A DNA stretch of 64,000 nt from Nitrospinaceae bacterium (GCA_021604505.1 BQJC01000004.1:88117-152116), one strand, 5' to 3'. Counted from the stretch's first letter, positions 28,281 to 37,338 are shown. Notes: a model not told the origin generated them from the sequence alone. Numbers and translations are program-made.

Positions 28281-28309
28281 GGAAGTGGGTAGTTACTGAG
28301 GGCTTTGCT

Positions 28310-30097
28310 TCACGCTGGAGACAGGATGTTGAGGCGTTCCCGAATATCTTCTCTTTGATGATGCCCAAGATACAGCAGGCCGTCTGACAGGGAGTAGTTG
28401 TCCGGGAAGGTCATCACTTCCCGTCCCAGTTTTTCGATGATTTCCTGATACAGTTCCGTGGCTTGTTCCGCCGTCATGCCCACCGTCCCTTCATAGGAAT
28501 ACCCCAGGCTCAAATCCTGATCCGGCGGCGTGTAGATTTTGGTGATATGCCATTCGGCGGGATTCTTTTCGAGGGGTGTGCCTTTTTCCAGGTCGAATTG
28601 CGAGGCGATGCAGGAAAAACCCGGCGAATCGAGCAGTCTCTGATTGTCGAGCACAAAGTTGACGGAATCCATGACTTCTTCCCGCGTCTCAGTGGGAAAC
28701 CCGCAGATCAGGTAAAAATGCATGGCGATGCCGATGCGCAGACATTCTTCCACCGTTTTGTCGACGACCTCCAGTTCAACCCCTTTTTTCATGGAATCGA
28801 GAACGCGCTGGTTGTAGGATTCCAAACCGAAAATCAGTTTCCGGCATCCCGAACGGTAGAGCAGTTCCATCCGGTTTTCCTTCAAGAGACTCTTCTCAAA
28901 CTTCAACTCACCGGTCCACTGAATGTCCAGCTCCTGATCGACGATTTTTCCGGCGAAGGTTTTCATGAAGTTGATGGGCAACGCCTCGTCGGTGAAGAAG
29001 AAATAATTGCAGTTGTATTTCTCCTTGAGGTTTCTCACGTCGTTGACCACATTTTCCGCATAGCGCACGTGAAAATCCATATGATCGAAAGGAATCGAAC
29101 AAAAAGCGCACCGCTCCCAGTAGCAACCGCGTGACCCCATGATCGGCAGAACGCGCTCCGGCGACAAATAAAGATCCAGAGGCAGGCCGTCAAAATCCGG
29201 CGTGGGAAGCGCATTCAGCTCTTCCTTGGCGAAAGGACGGTTGACCTGCACCTTGCCTTCCACTTCATAAGCCAGATTCGGCACCTTGGTAAGATCCTTG
29301 CCGCCTCGCAATTCCTGCACCAGACGTAGGAGGGGCGTCTCCCCTTCGTGCACGATGAAACTGTCGATAAACTTAAAGAGAGGCGAACCGTTTTTTTCCA
29401 GCCGGTCCACCAGCTTGGTGAACACACTGCCGCCGACCGTGATATGAATGTCCTTGCGGTGTTTCTTGACCAGGTGCGCCAGCGTCAATCCAGGGATGAT
29501 CTGCTCAACCGAGGTGATGGAAATTCCCAGGATGTCGATGTCCTTTTCCAGAATCGACGGCAGATACCATCGCTCATAAAGATCGTAGAAATAATTCTCT
29601 TCCGGGTGGTTGAACGAATCGATGATCTCCACAGAAGAATACGGCGTGAACCGCAACTGACTGCCAATGACGGTCAACTGCGATGGGTAATAAGGCGACA
29701 GGATATTGTCCAGCCAGACATCGATGATCTTGAGGCTTTCCATATACCGTTCCAGATCGTAAAAATCCTCCGAGCGCAGAGATTGCTTCGCCGCGTCTAT
29801 CTGATCTTTCAGTGATGGAATGATCTCTTCCGCCTCCAGCAGTTTGGCGTACTTCTCCTGCTCAAATTTATTGCGGTTGGAATTCGCTCTCAGTTCGTTG
29901 AGCTCGCGAATGATACGCTCGTACAACGGCTTGGTTTTCTCCCAGGTGCACAAATCGTCCAGCAGTTCGATCGCCAGATCGCGCTGAGCGACATCGTGGA
30001 TGCCGTTTTTTGCAAGAAACGCCTTGAGGCTGGGGAGACTGAGATAAGGCTGAGAAGGATGCCAGGAAGATGGAAACACCAGATAAATCATCAGCAA
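28310..30097 (-). CDS. B12-binding-domain radical SAM protein (class B-like)
   Basis: 595 aa. N-terminal region typical of the B12-binding-domain group (SQPYLSLPSLKAFLAKNG). Cysteine cluster GSRGCYWERCAFCS. TIM-barrel-length core. Confidence 0.7.
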   Translation of the reverse strand: MLMIYLVFPSSWHPSQPYLSLPSLKAFLAKNGIHDVAQRDLAIELLDDLCTWEKTKPLYERIIRELNELRANSNRNKFEQEKYAKLLEAEEIIPSLKDQIDAAKQSLRSEDFYDLERYMESLKIIDVWLDNILSPYYPSQLTVIGSQLRFTPYSSVEIIDSFNHPEENYFYDLYERWYLPSILEKDIDILGISITSVEQIIPGLTLAHLVKKHRKDIHITVGGSVFTKLVDRLEKNGSPLFKFIDSFIVHEGETPLLRLVQELRGGKDLTKVPNLAYEVEGKVQVNRPFAKEELNALPTPDFDGLPLDLYLSPERVLPIMGSRGCYWERCAFCSIPFDHMDFHVRYAENVVNDVRNLKEKYNCNYFFFTDEALPINFMKTFAGKIVDQELDIQWTGELKFEKSLLKENRMELLYRSGCRKLIFGLESYNQRVLDSMKKGVELEVVDKTVEECLRIGIAMHFYLICGFPTETREEVMDSVNFVLDNQRLLDSPGFSCIASQFDLEKGTPLEKNPAEWHITKIYTPPDQDLSLGYSYEGTVGMTAEQATELYQEIIEKLGREVMTFPDNYSLSDGLLYLGHHQREDIRERLNILSPA

Positions 30098-30294
30098 ATT
30101 CCTTTATTTGCAATAAGCGCCATTCGTGTTCACAAATTTTGGAAAGCCATTAACCCGCCGCTCGATGACATGGATTCCAAGCTAAGCCTGGCTCCTGCGC
30201 GCAGGGCGGGTTTGCTCACGACGTGCAACGATTCATTCACGGAACTGAAATCGGTTAATCCAAAAACCATCGCACGTTAATATTAAGTCCAGCG

Positions 30295-30615
30295 TTACGC
30301 TGGCTTGGGAGCCATAAACACCAGCATCACCAATTTTGCGTTCGTATGGTTGACCACACCGTGGTCCTGTCCACTGGGAGCCAGAGTGATTTCATCAGCG
30401 GTCATTTCGCGTTCCACAGTGCCGACGGTCACCTTGCCTTTTCCTTCCAGAACGTAGTAAACCTTGTCCGGCCCATCATGAGAGTGAATTTTCTGGGACT
30501 GACCCGGTTCAAAACAATATACATCACAAAAGAAATTGTCCGTATCGAAAAGAGGGACCTTTTTTAACTTTTCGGGGCTGAAAGCCACCCGATCTCTAAC
30601 TTTAACAACGTTCAT
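30295..30615 (-). CDS. Cupin domain protein
   Basis: 106 aa. Cupin motif 1 GQSQKIHSHDGPDKVYYVLEG and motif 2 region APSGQDHGVVN. Confidence 0.75.
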   Translation of the reverse strand: MNVVKVRDRVAFSPEKLKKVPLFDTDNFFCDVYCFEPGQSQKIHSHDGPDKVYYVLEGKGKVTVGTVEREMTADEITLAPSGQDHGVVNHTNAKLVMLVFMAPKPA

Positions 30616-30937
30616 ACCGCCCCGGCGAGTTGGAAATTCTTAAATTATAAGGGATCGGACCCAGGCCACTGCCAGTCATTCGCCTCCCCCTACCCTCACG
30701 GAAACATCTGGAAAACATGCGATTCTGCAAATTTTATCATAGAAAATCCAGCCATCCAACCAAATTGAAATTCAAGGAGTTTTTCCCTCCAATTTTATTG
30801 ACTTCGCAGGCTATATCCACTATTTTTTATAAAAACAATCCTGAAGTTTTTCCGTGGAGAAACAACCCCCGCATCCATCAAAACATACTGGAATGGATCG
30901 GAAACCACGCTTCGGGAATCGGAACATACACTTAAAA

Positions 30938-31015
30938 CGGGACGTAGCGCAGCCTGGTTAGCGTACTTGACTGGGGGTCAAGTGGTCGGAGGTTCAAATC
31001 CTCTCGTCCCGACCA
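30938..31015 (+). tRNA. tRNA-Pro (anticodon GGG), CCA encoded
   Basis: Manual fold. Acceptor CGGGACG/CGTCCCG; D arm GCGC-AGCCTGGTTA-GCGT; anticodon arm CTTGA-CTGGGGG-TCAAG; variable loop TGGTC; T arm GGAGG-TTCAAAT-CCTCT; discriminator A plus CCA. Confidence 0.9.
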
Positions 31016-31022
31016 TATAAAA

Positions 31023-31064
31023 CAATGGGTTATCAGTTCATGCTGATGACCCATTGTCGTTTAT
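31023..31064. terminator. Hairpin terminator between tRNA-Pro and the convergent operon (potentially bidirectional)
   Basis: 14-bp stem CAATGGGTTATCAG / CTGATGACCCATTG (one G-U pair), a 6-nt loop, then a TCGTTTAT tail. Confidence 0.55.
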
Positions 31065-31096
31065 AGAGTGACAAGTATTAAAACGGGAAATTGGAC

Positions 31097-31867
31097 CTAC
31101 AAGGTTTTTTCAAACAAATTGAGCCCCGTTTTAAAAGCTTCCCGCAGTTGGCTCAATCGTCTGGGGTCTACTGTTAAGCTTTTTGGGTCGAACCAGGGGT
31201 TGGAGAGATATAATTTTCGATTCATTTCAATTTGAATCCAGGGTACCGGATCGTTTCCGTATTTTCTGGTGATATACCCCCCCGCGAAAGGCTCGTTGAT
31301 CGTCACGTCCCCTGCTTTTAAGTGAAAACCTTCCTGAAGGCATTCAGCTAATTTTTGCACCCACTCATCGGAACAACTTTTTCCATAATTATTTCCCAGG
31401 CAAATAAGAGGACGCTCTTTCCCACTATCGGGAGCGATGGGAGGGCCAACAGGCTCCATGGTATGACAATCCAGGCCTAATTTGATCCCGGAATGGGTGT
31501 TCAACAACTCCCGGATTTTTTTGTGGTAAGGGTCGTGGTATTTTTGAATCAGTTCCTCACCGATTGTTTCGTCGAGCAACAACCCAGGAGAATAGATCGG
31601 CTGGCCATGGCAGGTTTTGGTTTTGACAATGCCGTCCGGGTTTTTGGGAGGCCGGTCTGAAGTTTCACGGTTCAAATCGACAAACGCTCTGGCGATGTCC
31701 GTTTCGATAAAAGCCTGAACTTCATCGCGGATCCCGTAGATCTCCCGGGTGAAGGCATCCCCATCCTCAAACAAATCCTTCTGCGTGATACAAACCCGAT
31801 CGGAAATTTCTTGGGGAGTTTTTGTTCCCCCATGGGGAATAGAGATCAGAAATGGAAGTTTAGCCAT
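31097..31867 (-). CDS. N-formylglutamate amidohydrolase family protein
   Basis: ISIPHGGTKTP near the N-terminus, plus GLDCHTM and PWIQIEMNR motifs of the FGase family. 256 aa. Confidence 0.75.
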   Translation of the reverse strand: MAKLPFLISIPHGGTKTPQEISDRVCITQKDLFEDGDAFTREIYGIRDEVQAFIETDIARAFVDLNRETSDRPPKNPDGIVKTKTCHGQPIYSPGLLLDETIGEELIQKYHDPYHKKIRELLNTHSGIKLGLDCHTMEPVGPPIAPDSGKERPLICLGNNYGKSCSDEWVQKLAECLQEGFHLKAGDVTINEPFAGGYITRKYGNDPVPWIQIEMNRKLYLSNPWFDPKSLTVDPRRLSQLREAFKTGLNLFEKTL

Positions 31868-31870
31868 TAT

Positions 31871-33502
31871 TCATGGCCCTTGCGCCGTACCGTCACGCCT
31901 GATTTCGGCAACGCCTTGAAACTGATCTTTGGTCTGGCATTTGAGGACGGCATGAATGGCGCCAAGATAAAAAGAGTAGGCTTCCCTGCGATCAATTTTA
32001 TATCCCACCTGTTCAAGATACCGGATGACCTCGGCGTCAAATCTCTCCGCTTCAATACTCAATTTTCCTCCCACGGTGCAGTGAAACCTGGGTTTTTCCA
32101 TGGCTTCGTCAATGGAAAGATCGGAGTCCACAATATGGGAAAGAAACTGACTCATCGATGAAAAGATACGCTCACTTCCAGGGCTTCCCGCAACCAGCCA
32201 GGGTTTATCCTTGTAAAAGGCGATTATAGGAGCGACCGAACTCCAGGGAATGGCGTTGGGTCTTAAGTAGTAGGGATGAGAAGGGTCAAGCGTGTCGAGA
32301 GAGCTCATATAATTGTTGTATAGAAAGCCCAGGCCCCGTCCCGCTACTTTTGCTCCATAAACCAATTCAATAGACTGAGTAATACCGATGGCGTTGCCTT
32401 CCTTATCCATGACCGAAAGATGCGTGGTGTCATTGGCCAAAGAAAATAATTCCGTCAAGGGAAGAGAGGGGTCGATTCCATCTCGAATGGTGGAAGAAAG
32501 ATTTCTGGCAAACGACTGACTCAGAATTTTTCTATCATCCGGTAATTGCGGATAGATGTTTGGATCGAAAGGACGTTCTTTATGATTCAACAGCCCCTTT
32601 CTAAAAATCTCCGCCATGAAATGATAGGCCTGCGCGCTTCTACTCTTCAATACTTTGGAAGGCAGGTTTTTTAAAATTTGCAAAACCAGTAACAACGTTC
32701 TACCTGCCCCGGGAGGCGGGCTGGTAAACACCTTGATCTTCCGGTAATTTCTGCTGATCGGTTTTCTTTCAACCGGCCAGGGAATCAAGGCCAGGTCTTC
32801 AGCGCGTAAAAACCCTTCGTGAAACCGCATATCCTCATCAATGCGTTTCGCAATATCCCCCGTGTAAAATGATTTCACCCCGTGCCGGGACAGATGCTCC
32901 AATAACTGCGCCAGGTCTTCCTGTACAAATCGCTCTCCCACAGGATAAGGGGTTTGACCGTCTTTTAAAAAGTATTTGGCTCCCGACAGAGAATCCATGA
33001 GCAGGAAGTTGTCAGTTTCCCGGATTTGCAGATCATGCTGAAGTTGGGTGATCGCGTACCCTTCACGGGCGATACGAATCGCCGGCTCCAAAATTTGTGA
33101 CCATTCCAGTTTTCCATAACGAAAATTCAAATGGCCAAGAACAGCAGGGGTGCTGGGAACGGTCGTGGCCTTATAACCTCGGAACCTTTGGGTCTTCTTA
33201 TCAATGCGGTCCATATGAGCAAGAGAAGGAACGCGGCTCGAGCCATCCAAAGCAATGGTCCTTTCATCGATATGCAAAATAGCCATGGACTGGCCTCCAA
33301 GGCCGCTGGCTTGCGGCTCACACACGCTCAATGCAAAAGCGGCGGCGCAGGCGGCATCAATGGCATTGCCGCCTCTGCGAAGCATTTCCACCCCCGCTTC
33401 CGTCGCTTCAGGAAAAGCGGTGGAGACCATGCCTCCTGACGAGGTGGCGCATTTTCCATCTTCCGTGGGAGAAAAACTACTTTCAATATTATCCAGTTTC
33501 AT
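31871..33502 (-). CDS. ggt: Gamma-glutamyltransferase family protein with no signal peptide
   Basis: Autoprocessing/nucleophile motif NDTTHLSVMDKEGNAIGITQSIE, and GSPGSERI. The N-terminus has no hydrophobic leader. Confidence 0.85.
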   Translation of the reverse strand: MKLDNIESSFSPTEDGKCATSSGGMVSTAFPEATEAGVEMLRRGGNAIDAACAAAFALSVCEPQASGLGGQSMAILHIDERTIALDGSSRVPSLAHMDRIDKKTQRFRGYKATTVPSTPAVLGHLNFRYGKLEWSQILEPAIRIAREGYAITQLQHDLQIRETDNFLLMDSLSGAKYFLKDGQTPYPVGERFVQEDLAQLLEHLSRHGVKSFYTGDIAKRIDEDMRFHEGFLRAEDLALIPWPVERKPISRNYRKIKVFTSPPPGAGRTLLLVLQILKNLPSKVLKSRSAQAYHFMAEIFRKGLLNHKERPFDPNIYPQLPDDRKILSQSFARNLSSTIRDGIDPSLPLTELFSLANDTTHLSVMDKEGNAIGITQSIELVYGAKVAGRGLGFLYNNYMSSLDTLDPSHPYYLRPNAIPWSSVAPIIAFYKDKPWLVAGSPGSERIFSSMSQFLSHIVDSDLSIDEAMEKPRFHCTVGGKLSIEAERFDAEVIRYLEQVGYKIDRREAYSFYLGAIHAVLKCQTKDQFQGVAEIRRDGTAQGP

Positions 33503-35691
33503 AAATCGAAATTCTTGGAAGATTGATAAATGAGGTAAGCAAGAAGAACGCCCCGGTCAATGAGGCTGTCGCGAACGACGTGCTCGTTATTGGAGCCATA
33601 AGCGCCTGTAACCGGACCAAATCCATCAAGAGCCGGAACACCCTCTGCTACATTTGCCATATAGGAAACCATACTGTTCTCAGATTTTTTAACCCTGACT
33701 TCCAGTAACTTAGCCATTTTTTTGATCTTCTCGAAAAACTTAAGATTTTTTTCGGTTTCCAAAAAGGGCTTTCTTTGCGCTCCCTTGGTGACATGGACCT
33801 TGATGTTATCTTGCGGTTTGGCGGCAAATATCAGATTGACCTGCTCCCCCAGCCTTTTTCTCTGGTCTAACGTACGATAGCGGATGACAAATGATAATGC
33901 GGCATGATAGGTGGGCTGGTCTTCCATTCCCTTCGTCTGCAATCCTGTTATGGTGGTAAAAATTCCATCCTGCTCGGAATTTAATTTCCTCAACGCGTTA
34001 ATTTTTTGAGACGAAAAAAGTATGGGGTCGCTGACCTCAGAGGAAGATTTTAAACCCTGCTTATTCTGTGTCCGGTTGATTTCAATCTCATACCTTAAAG
34101 TCCCGGAGCAGGATGTCATGATCTCGCCACTCAAACCCGCGCCCCTCAATCCAACGACATAATTCGATTTTTTAGAAAGCTCCTCAATGACCGGCTTCGA
34201 GGACCGCTCGCCCATCGATTCATCCGTAATCAACAGGATTCCACACTTGACCCTTTTTAAGGTCCGCGTGTACCGCAATGCTTTAATAGCGCCCAACAAA
34301 ACGGCAATGCCGCCTTTTCCTCTGGCCACTCCGGTTCCGTATAAACGACCCTTTTCCTCATTGAAAGAACTGTAATCTTCAAAATCCACCGGGTTGTCCA
34401 GATTGCCAACCACAAGAATATCGTTGGTCTCTTCCATGTGATTGGTAAGATACAGAATATTTCCGAATTCCGCCCGTGAATACACTTGACGATGAAATCC
34501 AATAGCACTCAATTTATTGGCAACCCAATGGCCCAGGGAATTGATGCCCTCGATATTTTGCACAAAGGAGTTAATATCCACCATCTTCTCAAGGTCATCT
34601 TCCATGGTTTGAAGGTTTCCACGCAGATGACTTCTCAAGCGAATCCGAAGCGGGTCCTTTTTGGTTTTCGTTTCAGGCTCTTCAACAGCTATTTGATCTA
34701 TTTGCTGACCGCCAAAATAACGTTCCACCGCCACATCCAGCATTCTGTTCACCATGGAATCATAAGTGTAGCCTGCTACCTTGGCGGCATGAACATAAGA
34801 GCCGGTCCGGCCAAGACTGGCCATCGAGTTCAACTCCAGAATATATAAGTTTCCGTCCTTATCCATGCGAAAATCCACCCGGCAAAAATCATAAATCCCC
34901 AGAACACGGAATGTCTCCTTGGTCAAACGGCGAATTTCTTCACTCACTTTTTCATCGATCTGGGATGGGCATATTTTCCCCTTAGGTTTTTTAAGCTTGT
35001 CTTCAAGGCTTTGAATCGCGTCCGGGTCCCCTTCGAGATCAATTTCCAATACAGGGAAAATCTCAGGATCCCGGTTGCCCAATAATCCCACCGCAAACTC
35101 CCTTCCAGGAATGAACTGTTCGACTAAGATAGGCTGTTTAAACTGCTCTACCAGATCGGCGATAGCCGTCTTTAAAGAAGGCAGGTCGTGGATGACCTGG
35201 ATGCCCATAGAAACCGCTTCCATCTTTGGCTTGGTGATCACGGGAAACGGCAAATCATCGGGGATCTGTTCGGCGTCATAAAAAACCCAGTACGGCGCTG
35301 TGGGGAGTCCTGCCGCGTGGATCATTACTTTCGTGGTGACTTTATCAAGCGCCACCCCATGACCCGCGGGACTCGACCCCACATAGGGGACCCCAAGCAT
35401 TTCAAGCAGGGAGGGGATATGGGTATAACGGCTGACTCCCTGAATACCGTATGCCATGTTAAAAACCATGCCGGGTTGTTCCCCTTGAACGACCCGCGGC
35501 ATAAAATCCTGCAGTTGCTCGATGACATTGATGTTTCCATCAATGACGCGTACGTTGTGGCCGCCTTTTTCTAAGGCGGATGCAACCATCTCAACTGTTT
35601 TCGGGTTATAAGTTTCCTGATTCTGCATTCCAAAAACGTTGAGGACGCCTTCATTATCTTTAGGTTTATTGTAAATGACCGCGACTTTCAT
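33499..35691 (-). CDS. Fusion protein: D-Ala-D-Ala-ligase-like ATP-grasp domain (N) plus M20 peptidase-like domain (C)
   Basis: N-terminal half: MKVAVIYN..., ITKPKMEAVSMGI, CRVDFRMDKDGNLYILELNS (ATP-grasp). C-terminal half aligns by eye to the M20 motifs, e.g. YGTGVARGKGG and ILLITDESMG. 4-nt overlap with ggt. Confidence 0.75.
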   Translation of the reverse strand: MKVAVIYNKPKDNEGVLNVFGMQNQETYNPKTVEMVASALEKGGHNVRVIDGNINVIEQLQDFMPRVVQGEQPGMVFNMAYGIQGVSRYTHIPSLLEMLGVPYVGSSPAGHGVALDKVTTKVMIHAAGLPTAPYWVFYDAEQIPDDLPFPVITKPKMEAVSMGIQVIHDLPSLKTAIADLVEQFKQPILVEQFIPGREFAVGLLGNRDPEIFPVLEIDLEGDPDAIQSLEDKLKKPKGKICPSQIDEKVSEEIRRLTKETFRVLGIYDFCRVDFRMDKDGNLYILELNSMASLGRTGSYVHAAKVAGYTYDSMVNRMLDVAVERYFGGQQIDQIAVEEPETKTKKDPLRIRLRSHLRGNLQTMEDDLEKMVDINSFVQNIEGINSLGHWVANKLSAIGFHRQVYSRAEFGNILYLTNHMEETNDILVVGNLDNPVDFEDYSSFNEEKGRLYGTGVARGKGGIAVLLGAIKALRYTRTLKRVKCGILLITDESMGERSSKPVIEELSKKSNYVVGLRGAGLSGEIMTSCSGTLRYEIEINRTQNKQGLKSSSEVSDPILFSSQKINALRKLNSEQDGIFTTITGLQTKGMEDQPTYHAALSFVIRYRTLDQRKRLGEQVNLIFAAKPQDNIKVHVTKGAQRKPFLETEKNLKFFEKIKKMAKLLEVRVKKSENSMVSYMANVAEGVPALDGFGPVTGAYGSNNEHVVRDSLIDRGVLLAYLIYQSSKNFDL

Positions 35692-35708
35692 CTAGTTTTC
35701 CTCGAATA

Positions 35709-36437
35709 TTAAAAGGTCCATTCCATCACTTCCAAATGCTCTCTAAGCTGGGACACTGTTTTGAATTTTTTCACAATCATACTCTTTTTAAGGCCGCAAC
35801 AGATATATTTAATTGCCTGCGGATGCTTGGAATAATTTTTGCTTCCGCCTAAAACTTCATAGAAAATATTAATCAATCCAATCAAATCATCCCTAAGAAA
35901 CTCAGGTCGAGCGGCTCCATAGTGAAATAAATCTAAAAGCTTGAGTTCGAAGTTGAGACCAAATTTATTGACAATAATATTATCGCTGTGCAAATCGCCG
36001 TGATATTCATTTCTAAGATGAATTTCCTCAATTCCCTTTGCCAAAGCATGCAAAAGATGCAGGGCTTTATAGGGGTCCAGTTTCTTCCCCGGAAAATTAA
36101 GAAGAAATTCCGACAACAGAACTCCTTCCACATATTCGGAAACTAAAACAGTGACGGGAAATTTATGATAGATGATTTCCTCTTGAGTGTGATACTGGAT
36201 GAGCAAAGAGCATTGGCGTAGTTTGTGTAATTTCTGGGCATATCTTTTTGCGGATTTACCCCGCAGGTTCCTTTGCGGATAAAATAATTTTGCCGCTTTT
36301 TCAATTCCAGTTTTAACTTCATAAATTTTATAAACTTCTCCCTCCCAGCCAGAACCCAACCTGGAAAGGACCTTGTATTTTCCAGCAATGGACTTGCCAG
36401 CAGGCAAATTGAATTCTGTTATTTTTGAAGGGTTCAT
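35709..36437 (-). CDS. Minimal protein-kinase-like protein (242 aa)
   Basis: Gly-rich loop LGSGWEGEVY, AAKLF (VAIK-like Lys), catalytic loop YHGDLHSDNIIV, and LLDLF (DFG-like). First gene of the operon. Confidence 0.65.
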   Translation of the reverse strand: MNPSKITEFNLPAGKSIAGKYKVLSRLGSGWEGEVYKIYEVKTGIEKAAKLFYPQRNLRGKSAKRYAQKLHKLRQCSLLIQYHTQEEIIYHKFPVTVLVSEYVEGVLLSEFLLNFPGKKLDPYKALHLLHALAKGIEEIHLRNEYHGDLHSDNIIVNKFGLNFELKLLDLFHYGAARPEFLRDDLIGLINIFYEVLGGSKNYSKHPQAIKYICCGLKKSMIVKKFKTVSQLREHLEVMEWTF

Positions 36438-36635
36438 TTCAACAGGTCAATGAAAAAAGATCATGTTGAAATATATCACTCCAAATACCTGCGGAATCAA
36501 AATAATCTAATATTTTTTGTCAGCGTAACAAATCGACTCTATTTTCCATTCACCTGTAACCCATAGCGCAATTAACAAATTAAGGATAAAATTTTCAATA
36601 TTTTCCCTCGTATCGGGAAATGGGGCGGTATTATT

Positions 36636-36678
36636 GGGAGACGAGTGGCCTTCAGTTCAAATCTTCTCGTCTCGAACC
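36636..36678 (+). other. Truncated tRNA-like remnant (acceptor plus T-loop region, no D or anticodon arms)
   Basis: 36644-36678 matches the tRNA-Pro 3' part at 26/35 positions (19/22 from GTTCAAATC onward). GAGACGAG (36638-45) pairs perfectly with CTCGTCTC (36666-73). Same orientation as the tRNA-Pro gene. Confidence 0.4.
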
Positions 36679-36802
36679 TAAAGGGCGGCTTGGAAACAGA
36701 GGATCCACCATTGCTTGTGGCTGATATTGGGGTTATTTTAAAGTATCGCTCAGGAAAAAACAGAAAAATAAACCTTGGAAATATCGTTTCTATTCTTCTT
36801 AA

Positions 36803-37306
36803 ATGATAAGGGCCGCTTTAAGAAAAAAAATGAAAAAAATTAAACTTCCATTGGTTATTTTACTTTGCGGGCTATCCGTTTCTTTAGCCGTTGCAGGCAC
36901 AGATGAAGCACAAACCGCTCCCACTCTCCCCACTTTAAAGCCAACCGTTTCCTTAAACACCCCTAAGGAAATGCAAAAGAATCCCGATAGGCCGAAAATA
37001 AGCCAGGATTTGCTGAACCTCTACAAAACCTATCAAGCACAGAATGACCGCTCAAACGGCAGGAAAACAAACGGAAGCCTGGAACAGCCAATGCTTCCGG
37101 TTTCTGACGGGTTTGTGACCATCGACGCCATCGCGTCGAATGATACCAAGGCCCTGAAAACCGATATGGAGACATTGGGTTTAAAAAACTCCGCCAGCTT
37201 TGGGCGTGTGGTTTCCGGCCTTTTCCCCATTTCCCAAATCTCTAAGCTCTCCGACTTGAAGAGCCTGAAATATGTCAGAGCTTCTTCAGCAATAACCCAC
37301 AACTGA
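36803..37306 (+). CDS. Secreted stand-alone homolog of the giant protease's N-terminal prodomain
   Basis: Signal peptide. Residues about 95-167 (VSDGFVTIDAIASND...LGLKNSASFGRVVSGLFPIS) align at about 45-50% identity with residues about 93-160 of the giant protein (VSDSYVVIDAIAVSD...IGLKNAGIFGKMVSGLLPIS). Confidence 0.7.
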   Translation: MIRAALRKKMKKIKLPLVILLCGLSVSLAVAGTDEAQTAPTLPTLKPTVSLNTPKEMQKNPDRPKISQDLLNLYKTYQAQNDRSNGRKTNGSLEQPMLPVSDGFVTIDAIASNDTKALKTDMETLGLKNSASFGRVVSGLFPISQISKLSDLKSLKYVRASSAITHN

Positions 37307-37338
37307 GCTTTTAAGAAAACGTTTTTTGATATTTGGAG

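Noticed and set aside
30717-30935. 72-aa ORF directly upstream of tRNA-Pro.
   Set aside because: It has no RBS and an odd composition, and it ends at the tRNA gene. The region more likely holds the tRNA promoter; a weak TTGACT-N17-TATTTT lies at 30798-30826 but is too far upstream to call.
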